Below are positions 51,191-59,783 of a DNA stretch of 59,783 nt, piece after piece (positions within the stretch are counted from its first letter, which is position 1; every line of letters starts with the position of its first letter). The DNA is taken from assembly GCA_030141605.1 (NCBI GenBank), contig JAQGDQ010001140.1, forward strand, positions 1-59,783, written 5' to 3'. A program made the translations under genes and the position numbers. Origin of the DNA: Tubiluchus corallicola. Lineage: Eukaryota > Animalia > Priapulida. Under the pieces are notes generated by a model. That model made no database searches. It was given only the letters and a program-made list of their open reading frames with translations, and was not told the DNA's origin.

Positions 51191-54113
51191 GTTGTGCTTG
51201 TGTTCTTGCTGTAATGTGCTGCACTTCGTGTACTAGATTAGCAATGCGTTGTACTGTACTAGACGTTACATGATAAAATTTAAAACACTAATGTTTGTTA
51301 ATCTCTCACAGTTTTGATAAACGAGCTCTATTCTGGCCTCAGGCCTTGCTTATACAAGTTTTTCTGTGAAGCACATTAATAATAAGCGTCATTTAGCTAT
51401 AAACTTGTGCTGTTGTTTTGTTGCACGTGTACAGCCTTTTCTCTTGTTTTACAATACTCACTACACTTAATTTTTTCAATTTTATCAACATTCAACAGTA
51501 ACAGGCCTCCTCCTTTTCATCAATCCTTCTCTTTTTGCTTTGCCGTTTCTTCTCGAGGTGGCCTTTAACTTATGCGGCTGTATTGCCATATCTAGGTCCA
51601 CTCAGCTACACAGCATTAATATATGTAATTGAAATTAAGCTACAGTTTTAAGTTGTTAGAGAATTTCAGAAACCTGTATTTGCTCGAATCTTTAAATCTA
51701 GAAATCTCCTTGAATCTTGAAAAAAAAATAGCAATTTAATAATAATTTTCTATTAATCTGTATGTTCGGAGGGGGAGCGTGGTTGTATGTGCTGTATATA
51801 GTAGTGTGTTTTACTAATTTTTGGTGTCATGTTGTCCTTTATTTTGTACGTTTTAAACTCCTGTTTTTACGAAGAAATTCTGAAATAAAGGTTTAAATTG
51901 AAATTCAAATAATATAAATAATGTAGAATCATTTGTGATTTACCAGGGAGCATAATAATTTTACGATAATTAATTCATTTCACCAACACATTGTACGTAC
52001 GCGTACTTGTATTTTTAAGACTGTAAAAGTAATCTTATCAGTTTAAACGTGTTACGTGGCATATCATAAACCTGCCCTGATTCATTCGGTAATCTGTTAC
52101 AGTAGCTAAATTAATATTCTACGTACTAAGTGGGCCACTAAGGGTCTAACGTACACATACCTGAGATGGAAGTAATGAAAAAATTACTTGATTTCAGTGG
52201 GGCGTGCCGGCTTTGCTCGCATCAAATTTTCGTATGACGCGTGACGGGTCATTGCTTTTCACTTCAATTAACTACGATTGTGCTTTGAACTAGCACCAGT
52301 GAGCTCTAATATTGTATTATATAGTCTCTCCTATATAAAGGTCAGTCAACTCGCATAAAAGAGGTTGGCTGACCAGGCTGTCAATATTTTCTTTCTTAGA
52401 GTGCGGCACTCGGTGAATGAACCCCCGACAGCGGTGGGGTTGGGTTGTTGCACGAAGTGTTCATGTTTCTCTGTAACTTTTTTGAACACAGAACAGCGTG
52501 GCAGAAATTATTCTGTTCCAATTAACAATGGGGGTCGTTTGAGTGCACCGAGAGATTAGCGTACATTAAAGTCGCATGCAAATGGTGTGTTCACAGGTAT
52601 ACGTAACCGCGTTCTGTCATGTGAACACACGCGGCGATAAAAAAACGGTTTGCCTCATATCCTGGATACATTTCATTGTTGGAGGCACTTTAAATTCGGC
52701 AACAATGAGGTGGTTTCATCATTAGATCGAAATTACCTATTTACTTATTCATTCGTTCATTTTTTTCTTTTTGCCTTCGTTCGTTCGTTCGTTCATTCAA
52801 AATAAGTAAACACAACAAGTTAAAAGATTAATTGGAGCCGACGCAAACGTAGCTTACATGCGCTGCAATATTTCTTGTAGAAAATCTTAATAAAAATTTT
52901 GATTTATAACTGAAAATTGATAACATTGATTTGGCACCATCATGCGTATCAGAATTGGTTATATATTTGCTATTAGGTAATGTCAAGGCTGTACCATTTG
53001 AATACAAACCTAGAATAACTAAACTATTACAAACATTAGCATTGGGTTGTTTATAACATTTGCATTTCATTGAATAAGCCAATATGCGCCCATAAATCAT
53101 TCGCTAATGTGCAACAAAATTTAAAATAGTAATTATGGTGTCACGACCTGCAATGTGCAACCGTTTGGTCGAAGGCGTCCATAATTTGAATATGAACTTC
53201 ATTAACCAGTGTCCGGTTATAAAGTTCTTGTTACTTTTTTCTGTGAACTTTTTCACCTGTGATTTTCTCCTTTGATTTTTTTATCTAGATTCAAAACTGT
53301 TGAAATTAGCAATGCAGTAGGGCTAATTGAAAACTACTTTCATCGATGTTTGCTATAACATTGAAGAGATCGACACGAAAAGGCCTACAGCAAGTACGAA
53401 TAATTGCTAAAAACTTTCAGCATTTTTACCTGTGATAAATTAAATTTTAAATGAAAATCAGACAGTAAGTTAACATAATTAGATATGTAAGAAGTCGTTT
53501 TTATTGTGGCAAGCGGAATAGCTAAAGCTTCACCTTTACAAAACGTTCAGTAAATTCGTATGCCTCGTGCAATGTTTTACATGTCCTTGACGTGACCGCC
53601 ATGGTGTTTAGATCATAACTCAGATACGATGGAATTATTGCACCAGGAAGAATGATTGGAAATGGCGTTTTTATTTCAAGAGCATGAGATGAATTTATGT
53701 TCGTTTTTCTTGCGAGTTTCCTGGTTTTATGGCCTTGATCAATGACAAAATTTGAACTATCAAATCGAAGAAGCGATGGTCGTTTTCAAAATGAAACTGC
53801 AAAAGTGAAAACTATTTTAATAGAACATTTAACGTCTCCTAAAAATAATTACTAACAGCATATTTAAACTGCACAATGAAATGGTGTCCCATCTGTTGAA
53901 AGTTCAAATGTAGACCTACTGTTTGTTGTAAAAATCACAATAAGACAGTTTGTTTTCAAGACTTTAGAATTATAATTATAATTTAGAATTCTTTTAATTA
54001 TTTCTAAGACTACTGGCGCTTCAACGGACAGCACCAGGAAGAAAATTTTGTGTTGGTGTAGCCCAGGTTAATGATAAATTTGAGAAAAAGAAACAAAAAA
54101 GTGCGCATGAAAT

Positions 54114-54115
<2 letters not shown>

Positions 54116-54193
<78 letters not shown>

Positions 54194-54198
54194 CCTCT
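54116..54198. repeat. (CT)n microsatellite
   Basis: Read directly. Confidence 0.97.
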
Positions 54199-55717
54199 CG
54201 CTCTGTCACTAACTTACTCATACTATGATAACTGCCCAAGTATCTGGATTGTCCATACCTCAAAATGTTCAGAATGTTTTATGGAATTCTCATAAATTCC
54301 CACGACTATAATTAGAAGAAAGTATTTCACATAGTTCCATGGGTCAGAACTTAACTGCAACAAATGTCTATGCATCAGTCTTTATTTGTAATTATAGTCA
54401 GCGTTCTAGTGTGTTCAGCATTTGCCTTTCAAACACCTTTTTAAGGACGTTTCAAAGTTCATCTCTAAAAAGAGCAGGCGAATGGAATCTCTCAGTCAGT
54501 TTATTTATTTAAATACTATTTAAAAATTCGCTCAATAAAGTCGTTCTTCCCTTTGACCGGTAATAAGACACAAGAAACCAAGTTAGAGTTGGGATTAGGT
54601 GTATTTCTTTTTTTCTGTGCCTCCCCCGGTTTTCTTTTCTTGCGACTTTTTTACCTGTGACTTTTTTTTACCTGTATTCGTATTTCCTTGGATTTTGGCT
54701 GTGTCAAAATGTTAATTCCAATTCCAATCTTCTAGCTTACGATCTTTTGTCTGACATCATTATTGTGTAACGCTCACACCTTAAAAACAGAGGAAAATCT
54801 TAATAACGTGAACAGGAACAATTAACAAGAAAAACAAGATGTTTAGTGGTAGAACAAATCAACGGCACGTTCGACAATATTTACAGCCACTCTTGCTGAC
54901 TTTTGACACAGCACGGTTTTTTGCGGAGAAAAAGTAAGTGATCAGAAATTTACTAAGCCAAATCATGTCTAATAACCGTAGCGGACGGTTGAAAGTCAAG
55001 ACAAAAACATGCCGCTCTCGTGCGCTTAACAATGAATACGTATGCACTAATTAGTGATTTAAGTTTTAGAGGTTACGTATTATATTAAGTCATTGACATT
55101 GAAATAACCGTGACATAATTTATATACTTCAGTCTATCTTTATCAGGGCGATAAACTAGTGTGTTTTTAGTGACAAAGGAAATTAAACTTTGTCAGCGGT
55201 AGTAAAAATGACGGAAAAGACTGTTATGTGACGCCTATCAATCAGGAATGTAAATGGCGATTAAAATAATTTAATTCTAGCAAAAAAAATCATTAGAGCG
55301 CGGCAGTTGGTACTGAAGCGTAAACAATATCCGTGATATTAACGTAGTTTAATGAGTTATTTGTCAAGACTTGCCAGCTTGATAATAGCCTAATATAACG
55401 AAGACACTTCGTGATGCTTCTTTCTATACAATTCTGGAAGCTTCTTGGCGTACCGTAATTAACACTGAGTTTTGTAGGTATTTCAGATGCAATATCTCAA
55501 CTTTTACTCATTACTTTTTCCCAACGACCATTTGACGTTAAACTTGGTAACCATAGGTATCATGTTACATGCTTTTGAGGAAAATAAGTAGTTAAGTATT
55601 TCAAGATTTAGTCATGATATCAAGTACATTGGAATAACTTTTTATTTTTTTAATTAATTTTTGTGTTACTTTTAGGAGTTGGCGTAGCTTCCAATATCAA
55701 CACTGTCTGCAGAGGAG

Positions 55718-58700
55718 ATGAATGAAGAACCAATCGAACAACAGAAGGGTTCAATCTCATTAATGGGTTCCAACATCCTCAAACATTACTTGAAGCAGCA
55801 CTTGTCAGCAGATCAGAGTTTGAATGAAACGGCCCAAATGGAGGATGCAAACAGGCAGTTTACTAACAGCAATGAGGGAAAGAAAACTGGACTTGCACAG
55901 TTAACATCCCTTTTGAAACAACCTGCCATGACAGATACGCCTGAGCGTAACGTAGCTCGCATTACACCTCAGCCAAAATTACCACCTAAGCTTGATTCAC
56001 TTTTTGATGATATGCCTTCAGAAAAAGCAATCGATAACAGAGCAAAAGAAAAGGATGAACAATTTGCTGCATTTATCAACAAATACGGTCCTAAGCCGCC
56101 TCAAAAATGTCAGCCTAGAGCTGCATATAGGGACCCCACCGAAAAAGAGCTGCAAACTTGGAGAGCATTAGAACTTGGAAATGATCGGCATCAATATAGA
56201 ATACCACCACAAGAGTTTCCAGTTAGGCGTCGTCGTGGACGACCTAGGAAAAACCCCTTACCAGACGATGGTCAAGAATATTATCCAGGAATACACTATT
56301 ACAGAGAAAAGTCGAATAATGATCAATTCAATTACAGAAGCTCGAATTCACATTTGAATAATAATCGTAGATCACTTCTGCAGCAAACTTCACAAAGATA
56401 TCAAAACCAAAGGTCACTTGAGCAAAGTAACTTATACAGAAAGCAAGGTAAATGTCAAATGAATTTGATTGGAAAAGAAATGATAGGCCTTAAAAGTGCA
56501 GTGACTGATTCTTCCTCACTGCTAGATGCTGGAATGGAACAGCCAGAACATACTCTTCTACGGTATTACTTACAGAAACGCCTTAACACTGGCTCGCTTC
56601 CTAACAAGTGTAATAAGGATGCAATTGTGCGTTTGAGACAACTTCTTGCCCAAGATTTGCATGCCATTGAAGAGGCACATGATTTGGCGGAAGCAGCAAA
56701 ACAGGAAGCAGCTCTACAGCCATTTTCTGACGTCAAAGTAAAATTAGAACCAGAAGACGAACCGGATGTTGTACTGATTGAAGATGAAGTTCGTTCCAAA
56801 GAAGAGCAGGAATCATTGTGCAACAGATTTGTTGATGATCTGAAAGATAATTTGGCTAAATCGGCTGTTCATGATGAAGTGATGCCAGGCAAGGCACCTC
56901 ATAGTTCAGCAAACAAGCAGGCTTTGCTCAAAGAATTAGAAAATGTACCAAACTCTCACAATTTTACAGCACTTTCTAATCTTTTGTCATTTGTCCAAGA
57001 GCACAAGCAAAATTCTAGAACATCATCAATTTCTGAAACACAAGATGCTCACCTGATTTCACCAAACTCACAATGCAGCACTGATACTGAAGAATATATA
57101 CCACTGGATAACATGTCTTTATATTACAATTTACACAATGACGTGAGTGTAGATAATAGTAATAAAATCACCGAGAAAAGACTGTACACTCAAGATGAAC
57201 TTGGTTTAGTTGAGGAGCCTAGCAGAGCAGACAAGGAGCCACTGAAGCTGTACACACAGCAGGCTTTAACAGAATTAGAAAGGAACAAATTCTCAAAACT
57301 GCAGGCTTGTTGGACACAGGATACATATCATCAAATTAACCAATTAAATACCTCTGCAAAGTCATCTAGGCAATGGCCCCAGAGGTTAGCTTACTCAGGT
57401 GCATCTTCTAGGGAGTTTAAAAAGACAAATGGGGAGGGTACAAATTCTGTTCAGATGAAGAAAGAGCTGAGTGATTCAGTAATAAATTGCTTAAAGAAAG
57501 ACCAACCTAAAGACAGTCAGAAACTGTTGGAACTTTTCTTAAATTCTAGGCTAAAGGAACTGCTTGCAGTTAACGAGGCCACAGAAGCTAAAAGAAAAAG
57601 TGAGAAAGCAAACTACACAAGTGATTGTGTTTCAATGAGTAGTAACTCGCTCTTAAGTTCAATGTTGGAAAAAACCACTGAGCCTATATGTCCAAAGAAT
57701 ATGTCACCACCTCCGCCAATAAATGCTGTTCCAAGTGTTATTTTGAAACGCACAAGAGGTGTTTCTTTATTACCACATTTTAATAAGCAAAAAGCTTATG
57801 AAAATTTAGCAAGTTATAATGCAAATGGCAGAGATGTGAATAAGACCAGGACAGTCAGAGATCTTCTTGAAGAATTACGGTTAAAGAGGTCTACAGAAGA
57901 TACAAACAAGAACAAATCAGTGACTGTTAAAGATCTTCTTGAAGACATGCGGACAAGACAGTTAATTGAAGAAAGTGTTAGTACTGAAACACGGCAAGAA
58001 AAAAATTTAATGCCCACTCATGAAACTATTCAACAATCATCAGACATTAATGACCTCTTCAAAAAACAAGAAATAAGAAATGGTAATCTATGGCTTCAAG
58101 ATGGTATTAAACAAACAGCACACCTACCTCAAGTTAATAACAAATCTAGGGCTAGCAATCTTGAATGTGATACTGCAACTGAAGATTTATTGAATATCTC
58201 CGAGCAATCAGATCAAAATACTGATCTAAAAAGAAAGATTGCAAGTTTCTTTAAAGAAACTTACAAAGCAAAGAAAGAAAAAGACTTAAAAGACGCAAAG
58301 GAGAAAGTCAGATCTAGTTTTCTTGACATGTTGCTATTAAACGTCGGTGGGAATAATGTTAAAACAGAGGAAAAATGCAATGTTGAAAACTGTGACAAGC
58401 AAACTTCATTGACCAATTTAGCAGAATTATTTCTCTTGGGTAAAAGCAAAGATGAGAAAAAGGAAGAGTGTGTTCCAAATAGCAGCATCTCTTCTAAGTC
58501 AGTTGAAGATCTTCTCGAAAAACCACAGACAACCGCAGCTCTTAAACGGACACACTCTTCTTCAGATGATGATTTACCTTGTGCGAAAAGATACCGACCA
58601 TGTGTAGATAGAATGTGTAACACCGACTGTCCCAATTGTCTTCGTGAATGTGAGGATGAAGATATGAAAAACATTCACTCACTTGTGCACGAAATAGTAG

Positions 58701-59404
58701 ATAAAGTCTTAGACAATTCAAATACACCTGAGCCTACATTAGTAAGTGAAAGCAAGGAAAGTGATGAAGCTATTAACATTAATGTTAGTGATGCAATAGC
58801 TAATGAAAACATAAATGCCGTAGCAAACTCGTCTTGTCCTAGGCCTAGTTCAAGATCTAGCAATGCTAATTTTTCAAGATATGATTATAGTCTTGTGCAA
58901 TCAAAGCCAACTAAGGCAGCCGAGAAGGTTAATGCTCAAGACATTGAGAGCGTGTTGCGAGCTATGTGCATGTCTGCTCTTCCTCCCGAAAAACAGGCTA
59001 GTGGCAATGTTGATAATCATGGCGCTGAAGTTGCTTGCAACCAAGAGCAAAAGAATGAAAATGATTCAATAGAAATAGACAATGCTCAAAATTTCAATGT
59101 TTTCAAAGCAAACCATGAAACTGAAGACCAACACAGCAAAGATTCATTTTCTCTTGAATTTGACTCGGATACGAACCAATGTGGTTCAGTTGAAGAATCT
59201 GTAATTCGAATTGTACCTGCCAAAGAAGCAGAGAGCTACTACGAGTGTAGGCATTGCGACATTCTTTTCAAAAACGCCAGGTTGTATTCATATCACGCAA
59301 GGTTGCACAGTCCAGTCAACCCGTTCAAATGTGCCTTATGTAATGAAACTCTGGATGACAGTACGAATTTCAACATGCATTTATATAGTAAAATGGCCCA
59401 TTAA
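55718..59404 (+). CDS. 1228-aa single-exon nuclear protein with an AT-hook, multiple LxxLL motifs and a C-terminal Ikaros/Hunchback-type C2H2 zinc-finger pair
   Basis: Uninterrupted 3.7-kb ORF. AT-hook RRRRGRPRKNP. C-terminus YECRHCDILFKNARLYSYHARLHSPVNPFKCALCNETLDDSTNFNMHLYSKMAH with terminal H-x6-H, matching the Ikaros/Hunchback/TRPS1 dimerisation fingers. The acceptor is at 55674-55675, and there is an in-frame TAG (55685) before the ATG. Confidence 0.93.
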   Translation: MNEEPIEQQKGSISLMGSNILKHYLKQHLSADQSLNETAQMEDANRQFTNSNEGKKTGLAQLTSLLKQPAMTDTPERNVARITPQPKLPPKLDSLFDDMPSEKAIDNRAKEKDEQFAAFINKYGPKPPQKCQPRAAYRDPTEKELQTWRALELGNDRHQYRIPPQEFPVRRRRGRPRKNPLPDDGQEYYPGIHYYREKSNNDQFNYRSSNSHLNNNRRSLLQQTSQRYQNQRSLEQSNLYRKQGKCQMNLIGKEMIGLKSAVTDSSSLLDAGMEQPEHTLLRYYLQKRLNTGSLPNKCNKDAIVRLRQLLAQDLHAIEEAHDLAEAAKQEAALQPFSDVKVKLEPEDEPDVVLIEDEVRSKEEQESLCNRFVDDLKDNLAKSAVHDEVMPGKAPHSSANKQALLKELENVPNSHNFTALSNLLSFVQEHKQNSRTSSISETQDAHLISPNSQCSTDTEEYIPLDNMSLYYNLHNDVSVDNSNKITEKRLYTQDELGLVEEPSRADKEPLKLYTQQALTELERNKFSKLQACWTQDTYHQINQLNTSAKSSRQWPQRLAYSGASSREFKKTNGEGTNSVQMKKELSDSVINCLKKDQPKDSQKLLELFLNSRLKELLAVNEATEAKRKSEKANYTSDCVSMSSNSLLSSMLEKTTEPICPKNMSPPPPINAVPSVILKRTRGVSLLPHFNKQKAYENLASYNANGRDVNKTRTVRDLLEELRLKRSTEDTNKNKSVTVKDLLEDMRTRQLIEESVSTETRQEKNLMPTHETIQQSSDINDLFKKQEIRNGNLWLQDGIKQTAHLPQVNNKSRASNLECDTATEDLLNISEQSDQNTDLKRKIASFFKETYKAKKEKDLKDAKEKVRSSFLDMLLLNVGGNNVKTEEKCNVENCDKQTSLTNLAELFLLGKSKDEKKEECVPNSSISSKSVEDLLEKPQTTAALKRTHSSSDDDLPCAKRYRPCVDRMCNTDCPNCLRECEDEDMKNIHSLVHEIVDKVLDNSNTPEPTLVSESKESDEAININVSDAIANENINAVANSSCPRPSSRSSNANFSRYDYSLVQSKPTKAAEKVNAQDIESVLRAMCMSALPPEKQASGNVDNHGAEVACNQEQKNENDSIEIDNAQNFNVFKANHETEDQHSKDSFSLEFDSDTNQCGSVEESVIRIVPAKEAESYYECRHCDILFKNARLYSYHARLHSPVNPFKCALCNETLDDSTNFNMHLYSKMAH

Positions 59405-59783
59405 TGTATTTAGCTATCACTGCCCTTGGAAGTCATTACTGTTCACAAATGGTGCGTGCATGTGTTGTTATAGGTTTGCGTTTGCTAATTATGCTATTCT
59501 CTTATTCAAATAAATCTAAAGCAATTATATCGTTATCATAGTTAATTTGTGTCCTTGAAACTAATGTAGCTCTGTATTTGTCTAGCCGCAAAGAAACAGG
59601 GTTGATCATAGATACCGACGTTTTGCTCGAATTCTGAAAAATGTGCAAAAAATTAACAGTTGCTCAATGCTTCTAGTTTCCAAGTTGCTTTACGTACTAC
59701 TGGTATTTCGTTTATTCTTATTGTTAGTATTTAATCATTGTTGCTAAAGTATTGTATAAAATGTGTTGTATTGGCAATGGTGG

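Noticed and set aside
56566-58863. Antisense and alternative-frame ORFs over the zinc-finger CDS (and those over the protease CDS)
   Set aside because: Shadow ORFs with no motifs.
55718-59404. Calling the large ORF hunchback or Ikaros
   Set aside because: The diagnostic four-finger DNA-binding cluster is absent, so orthology cannot be asserted.

Overview
AT-rich, intron-rich invertebrate animal genomic DNA (GT-AG introns, many microsatellites and decayed transposons). The species cannot be determined from the sequence. Four protein-coding genes were reconstructed by hand. (1) An 11-exon ammonium transporter (Amt), + strand, 7389-25186, 523 aa. (2) A matrix metalloproteinase, + strand, 28266-41471, about 306 aa, with a deviant cysteine switch and no recognisable hemopexin domain. 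(3) A coding-intronless protein with signal peptide, calcium-binding EGF, trypsin-family protease domain and hydrophobic tail, - strand, 39482-40603, which appears to be nested antisense in the last MMP intron. (4) A 1228-aa single-exon nuclear protein, + strand, 55718-59404, with an AT-hook, several LxxLL boxes and only the C-terminal Ikaros/Hunchback-type zinc-finger pair. Introns and intergenic DNA hold L2-like and RTE-like LINE remnants, hAT-, IS3EU- and Kolobok-like MITEs, a Helitron-like piece, a Penelope-like remnant with tandem hammerhead-like motifs, and mini/microsatellites. The most interesting candidates are the MMP/nested protease pair with kB/IRF-like promoter motifs and the dimerisation-finger-only, LxxLL-rich Ikaros/Hunchback-like protein. 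All gene models are inferred from splice signals, reading-frame phase and motif recognition, not from transcript data.
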